Shown here: positions 50,153 through 61,572 of the stretch, one piece after another | How positions within the stretch are numbered: position 1 is the stretch's first letter | Layout: every line of letters begins with the position of its first letter | Assembly: GCA_030704615.1 (NCBI GenBank) | Contig: CM060731.1 | Coordinates: forward strand, 26,970,001-27,034,000 | Direction: 5' to 3' | Source: Takakia lepidozioides | Lineage: Eukaryota; Plantae; Bryophyta | Length of the DNA: 64,000 bases | Translations under genes and position numbers: made by a program | The notes under the pieces: model-generated | The model's input: only the letters and a program-made list of their open reading frames with translations | Database searches by the model: none | Told to the model about the DNA's origin: nothing

Positions 50153-53100
50153 ATGACGAGGCGTCGTTTGTTGGAGAACACAGGGCCAAGGCAGCATGTG
50201 AACGCGGAGACTGATTCACAAGAGCAGACCGAGATTGAGGCAGCGGTTGTGACACAGTCGGCGATAACAGTGCGCGTTGGAAAACCAGCCTGTGGATGCA
50301 GAGATGACTCGCCGGGAAACTGAAGGAGGTGGAAGTACGAGGAACGTTGAACCGGGAGAAGGTCCAGAAACCCTAGAGCAGACATAAATTCCAGCAGATG
50401 TGAGAGGGAAGAGGAAAGCTGCAGAAGGGGATCCAATTTCAAACCTACGACAGGCGCCAGTAAGTTTCTCTAATTTACATTTCATTGTTGAAGATCTGCG
50501 TAGAGATTGAGTGGAATGTCCCAGAAAGGGATTGTCGCTACCGACCATCACCATGAAACAACGTGATTTGCTTTCTACTCCTCTGTTAAGGGTTTACAGC
50601 ACAATGAGTGGGTGATTGACGGTACCGTCATTCACTGTTGTTCATATCATACAAGCTGTCTGATTGCCTTTCAAGCAGTCCTTCCTCTTCCTTTCTTTAG
50701 CAGGAACATGTGATTGAAATCAACTGAATTGCGAGCGTCGTTAACGCCATTCGATTCTCCTCATGAGATTTATGTACCTATGTGTTTGAAGAGAGAGTGA
50801 GGGTCGGCATATTCAGTCATAATGTATTGCAATGCATTTTATTTGTTTGAGGTTGAACAGATAGAGAAGTGGAAAGGCGGTACGCCAATCAAAGATTGAG
50901 ACCATACTGTAGATTCAGGTAGAGTATCGATTGGAAAGTACTCTCGACATAGACAAGAAACAGTGAATGCTTGTGACGTTCATCACAATGGAGTCAATCT
51001 GAATCATCTGCACTTACTGTCCGCCCTAAACTAGTGTTTTGTTTTGAATTCGGTAGGATCAGCTTTGCTTGTGTAGATGGTTCTGAATTTGTTTCACACC
51101 ATTCATTGTGAGTTTCGTCGAGACAGAGTGATGGTCGTTACCGCCGTTCACTATTTGCACATTACTCAGTCAGATTTGAATGGCATCGTGCAGAAAACTG
51201 TGAGGTCCAAGCCTACAGGATCAGAGGGGAAAGGATCTGGAGATGGGGACGAGTCTGGAAAAAGCTCAGAGAATAACGATGAAGCAGATGAATCTGAAGT
51301 GCACTACCTTGACAAGGTGAAAGAACTCATGTCATTCCAGAAGGTAAACTCTCAGGAGGTTATAAGGGACATGCTCGTATCTGGAGGGCGTCTGGACATC
51401 CCTCTGTGCCGGATGATATCTATGCCTGTTGTGCGTCCACCTCTTTCCCATGACATAACAAAATTGGAGAGTGATTTCGTGCATGGATACAGACTTGGTG
51501 CACAAGTTTTTTATGTGTCACTGACGGATATAAATGGGAAAAGCACATTAGTGTCTCCAGAGATCAGTGATACCTGGGATGAGTGCTGGAAAGATGCTAA
51601 TGAGGAGTTCGAGCTGGGCCTCATGATGGGAAAGAACACCCAGCAATTCTGCAACCACATGTTCTACGTCTGGGACGGCAACCACCGATTGCTGGCATGG
51701 ATGGGATACATCCAGAAACACCATGCGAAAGACAAAGACAAGCATGTTGTTGTGGAGGCAATGGTTTTGGATCCAGGAAACGACATCGCTAGGCTTCTTA
51801 CAGCTATGCACGACGTGAACAAGTAAGTCATCCTAGAGACTTCATTCCCTCTGTAGTGTCTTGTTAATCCCAAAAAAACAGTGTTAAGGAATGCAATGTT
51901 TCCAATGTTTTTGCAGATCGACAGAGAAATCGCATGTGACAACAAGCTTGGTCCACACACTATTCCGAATTCAGAGGATTGGTCTGATGAAGCTGGATGA
52001 TTTTCGGACAGTACTCCCCCCAATATAATCAAGAAGTGCGAAACAGGAAGAGCTGCAGGCACTTGGTATTCTTTGACTCGAGAGGCGTTTCTGGAGTACA
52101 TGTATGCGTAAGCCCGAGTCTGTACTCAGTTTACTTTTCGAATACATGTTTGTAGTCCCTTCGGTGCTAATCACTATTTGAATCAATGCAGCAAGAACTG
52201 GCAGAGGCAGCTGAGAAGGGAAAATCCGAATATTACGCACTACACCAGAGGAACTAAGGACATCAAAGGGTGTGGAAGCAGCAATAAAAAAGGAGTTTGA
52301 AATGCGAAGAACCAAATTGATGTCCGCCTTCGAAAAGCAGCTTAGAATAGTAGATCCTGGACTTGGTTCTGAGTTCCTTCAGCAGATCAAATCTCACTAT
52401 GACAAGCATGTGCATCCGGAGATGCAGCAGGAGAAATTGCACCGGCTGGCCATATCCATGGTCGACCCACAAACAAAAATAAGGTGGCTGGAGATATGGA
52501 ACTCAGATCAGACAGTAAAGGACTTGAATCAGCTCCCAAAGAGCACCATACAGCCTGCACAAAGGTGGAAGGAATCAGTGATTTGGTGTTTGATAACTGG
52601 CTCCATAAGGCTACATTTTGGAGTCAGGTGTGTATTCAAATAAGTCATTTTCTTTTCTTCAATTATGTGATGAGTATCTTATTTGCAATACTGACAAATA
52701 TACAATTTGCAGCTCGAAAAGCGCGCCGTCATTGTGCTGGATCAGACTTTGAAGGACTTGAACATTTCGATTGTTTCCCCTCCCCAAATGTCATTGGAGG
52801 CATACATAAGGAAGTGGATAGGTCTCACTGGAGATACTGTTTTTCCGGGAGTTCTCCAAAGATGGTAACATTTTACGGTCCAACGACTTTGACAGTCAGG
52901 TTGGAGGAGAGTGGGGCCATGATGCGAGTTGTATACAGGTGCAATATCATATTGGAAACTCTACTGCACTTTTTGGGAAATAATTTGGCTTCATAAGGAT
53001 TGTAATCATAGATCCAAATCGAATGTCGTTGACGACATTCACTTCTTTGTCTGAGTCATTCTTAAGCGAGAATTTGAATTCACCTGGATTAGGAGCTTAG

Positions 53101-56100
53101 GGTGTAATTATAGTGTCCCTGATTAGAATTGATAATGTCCCTGAATGGCGTTGACGACATTCACATCCAGAGTTGTTGAGAGGTCCTCAGAGTTATGTAA
53201 GTTTTTGTAATGTCCATAGAGTTTACAGTGAGGGTTCCTCACTTCAGTTTGCTGAATGTCAATGCAGACATTCAGTTGTTCTGCATTGCTTTTGCCTCTT
53301 GCGAGAAATCTTGAGGCTTGATTAGCTATGTTATCAGAGATCCAAAGTGAATGTCGTTGACGACATTCACTTCTATGTTTGTGTCATTCACTAGCGACAA
53401 TTTGAATTTACATGGATTAGGAGCTTAGGGTGTATTAATTGGTTCCTTGTTCGGAATTTTGTGAATGGCGTTGACGCCATTCACATCCAGTGTTATTATG
53501 AGGTCCTCAGTGTTATGTTCGTTATGAATGTCCATTGAGTTTTTAGGGAGGGTTCCTTACTCGAGTTTCTGAATGTCGTTGCCGACATTCAGTTTCCATC
53601 CAATGATTTTGCCTCTTTTGAGAAATATTAGGCTTGATTAGCAGTGTATTCACAAATCCAAAGTGAATGCCGTTGACGACATTCACTTCTATGTCTGTGT
53701 CATTCCAAAGCGAGAGTTTGCATTCACGTGGATTAGGGTGTATTTACAGTATCATTGAATGGAATTTTTTGAATGGCGTTGACGACATTCACATGTGGAG
53801 CTGTGGCGTGGTCCTGAAAGGTCCTTGGAGCAGTTCTCAGAGCCATTTCATTCCATGTTTTTTTCATTCTGTGCTACTTGCATCTTACTCACTTCGCGCT
53901 TTGGTGGGTTGGGATTTATCTCCTGTTTAACAGGTACACGAAATATGTGCTTATGGAAGGAAATCACCTGAGCGGTGTTCCAGACTATCTTGACATGTGG
54001 TCGGACCCTGCAAATGATCCAACCATGTATACTGCAAGGATATTGAAGGACTGGAGTCCTTCTCACTTCAGAGACTGTGGCTGGTACCTTGACTGCCCAC
54101 CGGAGCACACGACCTTTCAAGAACAGCATATGAAATATTTGAACAATAATGCTGAGATGTTGGCGCCTTTGATTGACGAAGAGTACCAAAGAAACATAGC
54201 AACATTGGCTGCCAAGGAGCCTGATGCTCAGGGAACGCTGCAGAAGGGAAAGAAGGCGGGCCGCAAACCAAAAGACAAGGCTCTTGATGTCATAGCCATC
54301 TCACCAGCAAAGCCAAAGGACAAAGACAAGTCCAAAGAGAAGGAAAAGGACAAGGGGAAGGAGAAAGAAAAGGAGATGGAGAGTGGGCAGGACTTCACTG
54401 CTGGAAGATATACCCGCACAGTTCAGTGCATGTTCGATGCCAAGCCACACCCTTCCCGTTCTGATTCGGCAGGAGAGATTAAAATTGTCAATGAGGGTTG
54501 GCTGGCGATGATGCAGAGTCGAAAGAGAGGATACACTGGGGTGCCTTCGCCTACCTGGGACAACATAATCTCATTCCTCAATCTGGTGAGAATTCCAGTT
54601 TCTTTCCTTTTTCTCTGAAAGTTTCATTGGCAGTATTTCAGTCTGGTTCTTTGAAAACATTCTTGCCATCGTTCTTAAAATAAACATGTCTGTTGCAGGT
54701 GAGCACAGGTCCCACCTTTGTGTGCGGTGTGCAGAAAACATATGCAGCTGACATTGTCATTCTCGACATCCCGGATGGCCAGGCTGTGCCAGAAGTTCTT
54801 CCAAAGGGCAAGACGCCAAGCTGGAACAAATTCGAGGACAACTACTGGAGTTGGGTGTTCGGGTTCTGTAATAATTTCCTCTCTGATGCAGGGACACTTC
54901 TGCTTTTTCAGTCATGTGACAAAGATAGTCGTCAGGCATTGGCATCATACCTGAAGTCTTCAGGGTTTGAAGTTTTGCGCACATAGAATTGTGTGAACAG
55001 CCTCTACCTTGTGAAAGGGGGTTTCCCTGGTTAGCTGGTATGCCGTCTCCCTTCTGCTTGTGCTTTCATGATGAGTTTCAATGTTCTCTGCAGCTCCACT
55101 CTAGAAGAATCGGTCATGATCGACACCGATCATCACCGATTCGTGATAAAAATGATTGTTTTATGTCTGAGTTCTGAATAGCCGATGTACACACTTCCAC
55201 TATAGATTGTGTTTACCACACTAACCTGCTATCTTTGGCAGACGAGGATGTTCGAGGCGATCTGCTTCCGGAGGATTCGCACCTCAAAGACACCATCCTC
55301 CATCCGCAGCTTTGAGATTTCTGACCAGGGTTGTTTCGTCAACCCCCCTATGAGCCGCATGTCGATGACATTTTGTACAACTTCATGCAGTCCAGTCAGA
55401 CTCTGAAGAGACCAGATGGCACTCCCTGGAGAGGTGCAAAGGAAAAATCCCCAGCGTTCATGCAAATACTGCTGGAGTCATGCAGTCACCACTCTGCACG
55501 GGTGGTCAATCTTTCTATGTCCACAGGTTCGTTCTTTCCCTTCCGAATTGATTTTCTTTCACCAGGTCCATCTGCTTAAATCCCCCACACAAAACTGTTC
55601 ATGTCCTCCTGTCTGGTGTAGGAACAACTTACCATACATGCAAGGCAGGCGGAAGAAGCCTTTTTGGGGTGATTCTGACCTCTACAATACAGTGCTCCTC
55701 CCCCTTTTGTCTGGCTCCACTTCAGGCACACAGACTGATCGGATTCAAATTCGAAATGATGACGATCCCGAAGATAAGCAGGTCGACAACGACTTTTCAT
55801 GTGAGTAAGTGCTAAACCCACTTTGGGAGTCATACTCAATTTCTCAATAACATCAAAGTTACAGTAATAAATTTTTCAGACTGTCTTTCAGGAAAAGCAG
55901 CGGTGGATCTTCAGGAGATACAGTCATTTGTGGCGAGTCTGTTTTCGACAGCCCCCTTTCCAATTTTCTGCTTCCTGATTATGCCGAAGCAATGGCACTT
56001 CACGCGGCCGAGTCCCTATCCCCTGAATTTTTATTGCCCGGCCGTAGGTGTAGCCAACGTAGATCCGGAGTTCTTAAATACTTAGACTTAGATGCAGAGG

Positions 56101-56138
56101 AAGCGGGAATACATTGTACTGACTCTGAGTCAGACTGA
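50153..56138 (+). pseudogene. Multi-exon cargo gene: ParB/Sulfiredoxin-like N-terminal domain, Lys/Glu-rich linker and beta-class N6A/N4C DNA methyltransferase-like domain; approximate exons 50153-50459, 51194-51822, 51917-52106, 52192-52628, 52713-52938, 53934-54586, 54699-55037, 55242-55526, 55622-55800, 55892-56138
   Basis: ParB-like VRPPLSHDITKLESDFVHGY...FYV...FYVWDGNHRLLAW (DGNHR at 51674-51688). MTase motif IV-like ADIVILDIPDG (54765-54776), then WNKFEDNYWSWVFGFCNNFLSDAGTLLLF, then EKSPAFMQILLESCSHHSARVVNLSMSTG-TTYHTCKAGGRSLFG. GT-AG introns; several stops and frameshifts. Confidence 0.7.
53012..53795. repeat. Intronic array of eight ~24-bp palindromes (GTGAATGTCG-TTGA-CGACATTCAC consensus) in ~2.6 copies of a ~320-bp higher-order unit
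   Basis: Palindromes at ~53021, 53142, 53252, 53347, 53461, 53569, 53663 and 53770. Confidence 0.92.
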
Positions 56139-56585
56139 ACTATGTTCTTTTAATATTCTGTTTCATCCTCTATGGAAAACGTTGAATCCCCTTCCTCCAC
56201 CGTAGTTGTTCCTTTGGAAAGAAAAATAATCAAAGAATCAACTACCATTTAAATTGCAATATGTATGAATCCATCTCACAAACCTCTCTCACTCTTGTCC
56301 ATCTGTTTATCATCCAACTGTACATTCATCCATCCTTTATTCATCTGTTGCTTTCAGGTGGGAATGACCACTGCTTTTTATTATGTCGTCCAGCTTGTTT
56401 CCGCGGTAAATGGTGCCAATCCGCGGGAATACACTCCACTTCTTCCTGGGCGCGTGGTGACGCGGTCTTCAAGTGTGATGACGTGGAGTGAGCCCCTTGA
56501 TGTGGCATTGGCGCAAGGTGACGTGGAGTGAGCGCAGTTGCGCTCACGTGACCAGGCTCACACCGAGGCATCCTTGAGTACGGAC

Positions 56586-58713
56586 CATGCGGCTGGACAC
56601 CACAAATTCCTTACCGAAAAAAAGTCTCAGACCCTGCACCTTGCTTCACAGTTCGGTAAAAATCAGAGTGCAAAATCGAGATATCATTGTAGAAGCACTT
56701 TTGGACTCAAGAGCTTCAGCTTGTTTTATGGAAAAAACTTTGCGAAACAAAACAATTTAATGCTCGTAAAGAAGAAACTCTCGACCCCCGTTGAAGTCAT
56801 CGATGGACGACCATTAGCATCAGGAAATGTGGACCATGAAACTCGACCACTTGAAGTGAAGCTTAAAGATCAAGCATCACATATTGTTTTCAATGTCATC
56901 CAGTCTCCAATGAATCCTGTGATCCTTGGACTTCCCTGGTTCGTACTTCACAATCCCGACATCGACTCGCGAAAAATTTCTGCAAGACAAAAATGTAGAA
57001 ATAGCAAAGGTATTCAACCCATATTCCTTGGAGCTAGAGCTTTCATGAGAGCTACCAAAAAGGAGGCGACATTTGCGCTTTATGCGACTCCGATCAAGAC
57101 AACAACAGACAAATGTACTTCAACATTACCCGTTCAATATCAAGATTTCAAAGATGTCTTCGAGAAGAAAAATGCAGACATATTGCCAGAACATCGACCT
57201 TATGACTGTGCAATTGAGTTACAAGAAGAAGCCCAACCACCATTCGGCCCAATCTATAACTTATCCCAGACGGAGTTGGCTGCATTACACGAATACATTT
57301 GATGAAAATTTGTCGAAGCACTTCATCCGACATTCAAAATCACCCGCGGGGGCGCCTATCTTGTTTGTGAAAAAGAATGACGGATCATTACGCATGTGTG
57401 TCGACTATCGCGGTTTCAACAAAGTCACAATCAAGAATCGTTATCCGTTGCCGCTGATTTCTAGGCTTCTCGACCAGCTGGGACGAGCAAATATTTTCAT
57501 CAAAACCGACTTGAGAGGAGGTTATAACCTTGTACGGATAAAAGAAGGAGACGAATGAAAAATACCTTTTCGAACAAGGTATGGACATTTTGAATACAAT
57601 GTTATGCCTTTCGGTCTTACAAATGCTCCAGCAATTTTCGAACATATGATGAATGACATCTTTCGAGAATTTTTAGATGACTTCGTAGTCATATATTTGG
57701 ACGACATTTTGATATTTTCACAGAATGAAGAAGAACATGGCCGCCATGTACGCCTTGTCCTTGATAAATTACGAAAAAAATGACTATATGCCAAGTTGGA
57801 GAAATGTCGTTTCCATCAATCTGAGGTCGAATTTCCGGGCTACATTATTTCCGACAAATGTGTCTTTATGGATCAGAAAAAAATACAGACCATCATCGAG
57901 TGGATTAAACCAACTTCGGTCCGAGATGTACAATGTTTTCTGGGCTTTGTAAATTTCTATAGAATCTTCATCAATGACTACTCCAAAATTGCTGCACCAT
58001 TGACACGACTCACAGGGAAGGACAAATTTGTATGGGATGAGAAGGCTGACCAGGCATTTGAAAGGCTGAGGCAGACATTTACAACGGCTCCCATACTGGT
58101 ACATGCAGACCCATCTAAACCATTCTTCTTAGAAGCAGATGCATCGGACTTTGCACTTGACACAGTACTCTCTCAATACGGTACAGATGGCCGACTCCAC
58201 CCTGTTGGTTTTCGTTCTCGCAAATTTTCCGCTGCGGAGATCAATTATGAAATCCAGGACAAAAAACATCTAGTGATTATCGATGCTTTTGAGGAGTGGC
58301 GACATTTATTGGAGGGAGCTAAACATCAGGAAACTGTCTATACCGATCACAAAAACCTCGAATATTTTATGAGTGCTCGTGTTTTGAATCGACGTCAAGC
58401 GAGATGAAGTATGTCACTAGTAAGGTTTGATTTTGTTATTACCTACCGTCTCGGACATCTTCAAGGAAAACTAGATGCTCTCTCTCGACGATCGTATCTT
58501 GCGCCAAAAGAAGGGGATGCAGCTTTTGACCAACAAAAATCCATCATCTTGAAACCAACAAATCTCCAATTGAATATGTTATCCATGTCCACTCATGACG
58601 ATGCAGAGATCATAAAGGAGATTTAGAAAGCACTTAAGAGCGACCATTTTGCTACGACACTACGAAGTCAATTAAATCAACCTCGTAGCAACCCACATGT
58701 TACAAACGACTTT
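56586..58713 (+). pseudogene. pol: gypsy pol: aspartic protease, reverse transcriptase, RNase H
   Basis: ALLDSRASACF (mutated DSGA), [50 protein letters not shown] and YTDHKNLEYF. Stops and frameshifts present. Confidence 0.93.
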
Positions 58714-59085
58714 ATAACAACCTCCACCAATCAAAGTCGATCAGAAAATTGAGTATTAAGTTCACGAAGTCCTAGATTCTCGCATAAAGTATAAATGTCT
58801 TGAGTATTTCGTACATTGGAATGGCTACGACATCAGTGAACAAACGTGGGAACCTTCATCCAACCTCGTGAATGCCTTTGATAAAGTCCAAGAGTTTCAT
58901 CAACGATATCCAGCTAAGCCCTGAGCTGCACGTCAATGAGACGTCACAACGATGATGTCAGCCAAGCTAGCTTCAAAGAGAAGACTCCACATTCAATGTA
59001 CCTGATACACGCTAAGGAGGGATGAGCACCACACATCAGTATATATAGCTACACTTCCAGCACTCTTGCATCTTGTATTGGCAGC

Positions 59086-59487
59086 ATGGAGTCACAAGAA
59101 CCAGATATATTGGAGTTGTCGCTTACGCAACTACCAGATCAGCCATTCCGACTCTCACGACCTTCAACATCACGCCGACGCTCTCGAGACGATGGGCCAC
59201 CAATGCGACGCGTACTTCCTCGTCTGAACCCCGTACGACGGCAAGCTGAGCCTATTCGAAGTCTGATAATTCTGTTGGAGGTTGAGGCTTCGGACCCAGA
59301 TGATAACGAAATCAAGTTTGAAGGCACCTTCGAAAATCAGAATACTCAAATTACTACGTGGTCCCAAGTTCAAGGTGTTGGACACTATCGATGGTTACAA
59401 GGACCTATAAATCGTTTGAGTCAAGAACGAAGAGCCGAATATTTGGCAAGTAGCATTCGTCGGATTTTGGATTTTCTCCAACTCTAA
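59086..59487 (+). CDS. Extra 133-aa ORF between chromodomain and PPT of the gypsy element (copy 1), function unknown
   Basis: Open ATG-to-TAA frame, also open and of the same length in the copy at 61573-61974. Confidence 0.4.
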   Translation: MESQEPDILELSLTQLPDQPFRLSRPSTSRRRSRDDGPPMRRVLPRLNPVRRQAEPIRSLIILLEVEASDPDDNEIKFEGTFENQNTQITTWSQVQGVGHYRWLQGPINRLSQERRAEYLASSIRRILDFLQL

Positions 59488-59542
59488 GCAAGTCCAAGAT
59501 CTTACCGCTCCTCGAGGAATTCGGCGCTAGAGGAGGGGGTGA

Positions 59543-60146
59543 TGTCACGAACATAGCCCAGAGGAACTTACCAGGAGTAAATACCAGAAGTTACCAAGTT
59601 ACCATGTTATCAAAAGTTACCATGACTTATCATGATTTATCATGATCTACCCTGATTTATCATTACTTACCAAGTTGTCGGGAGTTTACCAAATTACTAA
59701 GAGTAATTTGGGAAATTACTCAGGAAGCTTCCTTTGGAAAGAACTTCTCCATCAAGATACCTCCTTTGTTTAAGGAAGCTTCTCCATCAATAAACATTTG
59801 TTGAATCTTGGAAACTTCTCCAGCAAGAATCCTCCATAGGGGAAGCTTCTTGGGGAAGCTTCTTAGTAGCCAGTATATATAGGAGGCGAGACTAGACACT
59901 CTTCAGTCTCGCCAACACAAGTTCAAGCTACACTTGTTCCAAGTCCAGTACTCTAGTCCAGCTTCCAGTATCTGTTATTCTAGTCCAGTTTCCAGCATTC
60001 CAGTATCCGAGTCGAGTTCCAGTATTTTGTACTCTTGTTCATTGTTATAAAATTCATCTTGATTCATGTTCATCTACCATGCATTCGGCCACGCCGACCT
60101 TGACTTCTTGTCTAGTCTTGTACCTCTAGTCTGATCTCTTGTTTGT
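59543..60146 (+). mobile_element. LTR copy, 3'-truncated, preceded by PPT
   Basis: AGAGGAGGGGGTGA|TGTCACG... matches the 43616-44234 LTR but lacks its last ~26 bp. Confidence 0.88.
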
Positions 60147-60150
60147 CTTC

Positions 60151-61415
60151 TACAAACGACTTTGAATTCAAAGATGACTTACTTTACTTCACGGGACTTC
60201 TCTATGTACCTCCAGGACCTACACGACTTCGAATTCTTCAAATATGTCATGATCTTCCGGCTGCAAGACATTTCGGCTTCAACAAAACATTGGAGTTGAT
60301 ATCCAGGGACTATTGGTGGCCACAGATGTGGAAACTCGTGAAAGAATTTATAAAATCTTGCGACACGTGTGCTAGAACGAAGGGACCACGACATCGACCT
60401 TACGGCCTTCTTCAACCATTACCCATTCCCAAGGGTCCATGGTCGTCCGTGTATGGACTTTATTACGGACCTTCCAATTTCCAAGACCACCGATTCAATC
60501 CTGGTTATAATATCTACCGCATTCATGGACTCCCGAAGGACATCGTATCTGATCGAGGACCACAGTTCATATCAAATTTCTGGAGGGGATTATTTCATAT
60601 ATTGGATACTAAGATCAACCTCTCTACAGCTAATCATCCACAGACTGATGGTCAAACCAAACGTGTAAACCAGATTTTGGAGCAGTATCTTCGTTGTACG
60701 ATAAATTATCACCAAGATAATTGGACGGACCTTCTGTCATTGGCTAAGTTTGCCTACAACAACACTATACAGTCTTCGACCAAGCAAACTCCATTTTTCT
60801 CCAATTATGGTCATCATCCTCAAGCAAACCCTTTCCACATGAAAACTGTTGGAAGCCCTGCTGAAGAAAACCTTGCTACTCATCTTGCTACCATTCACAA
60901 GGAGCTTACATCCCACCTCGTAGATGCTCAAAAACAATACAATGAGTATGCAGATCAACGTCGCCAACTCCAACCCCAGTTCAAGGTCGGAGATCGTATG
61001 TGGCTTCTTCGACGAGACATACAAACCTCGCGACCATCAAAGAAGTTGGATTATCAACGCCTGGGACCATTCAAAATTATTCGACAAATAAATCCGGTCA
61101 GTTTTCGGCTTGAACTCCCACGAAGTATACGCATCCATCCAGTATTTCATGTTTCACTATTGGAGTTGTATCATCCATCGAATATTCCAGGGAGAGTTTC
61201 CGTACCACCTCCACCAATCGAAGTCGATTAGGAAATTGAGTATTAAGTCCACGAAGTCCTAGATTCTCGCATCAAGTATAAATGTCTTGAGTATTTCGTA
61301 CATTGGACAAGCTACGACATCAGCGAACGAACGTGAGAACCTTCATCCAACCTCGTGTATGCCTCTGATAAAGTCCAAGAGTTTCATCAACGATATCCAG
61401 CTAAGCCTCGAGCTG
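60151..61415 (+). pseudogene. gypsy integrase (HHCC, partially deleted core, GPF module) with C-terminal chromodomain
   Basis: CHDLPAARHFG...CDTC, IVSDRGPQF, HPQTDGQT, LGPFKI, IHPVFHVSLL, then EY*VHEVLDSR......EYFVHW..Y...ERT*EP..NL. Confidence 0.92.
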
Positions 61416-61572
61416 CACGTCAATGAGACGTCACAACGATGATGTCAGCCAAGCTAGCTTCAAAGAGAAGACTCCACATTCAATGTACCTGATACACGCT
61501 AAGGAGGGAGGAGCACCACACATCAGTATATATAGCTACACTTCCATCACTCTTGCATCTTGTATTGACAGC

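Larger units (their letters stand above)
45184..56576. mobile_element. 11.4-kb Mutator-like (MULE) DNA transposon with a transposase and a ParB-methyltransferase-like cargo gene
   Basis: 9-bp TSD AGTAGGGAC (45175-45183) / AGTACGGAC (56577-56585). Imperfect TIRs CAACGACGCAATGGCGTGAGC vs CAAGGATGCCTCGGTGTGAGC (15/21). Subterminal TGACGTGG(C/A)GTGAGC repeats. Removing it rejoins gypsy gag to pol. Confidence 0.88.

Noticed and set aside
53012-53795. CRISPR array or REP/attC-like cassette array
   Set aside because: The spacers themselves repeat with a ~320-bp period, the array is in a spliceosomal intron, and there is no cas or integron integrase.
50153-56138. Bacterial contamination or recent horizontal insert explaining the ParB-MTase
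   Set aside because: The gene is split by many GT-AG introns and lies within a TSD-bounded element nested in a plant retrotransposon.
59086-59487. env gene of an endogenous retrovirus-like element
   Set aside because: Too short, with no signal peptide or transmembrane segment; kept only as an unknown extra ORF.
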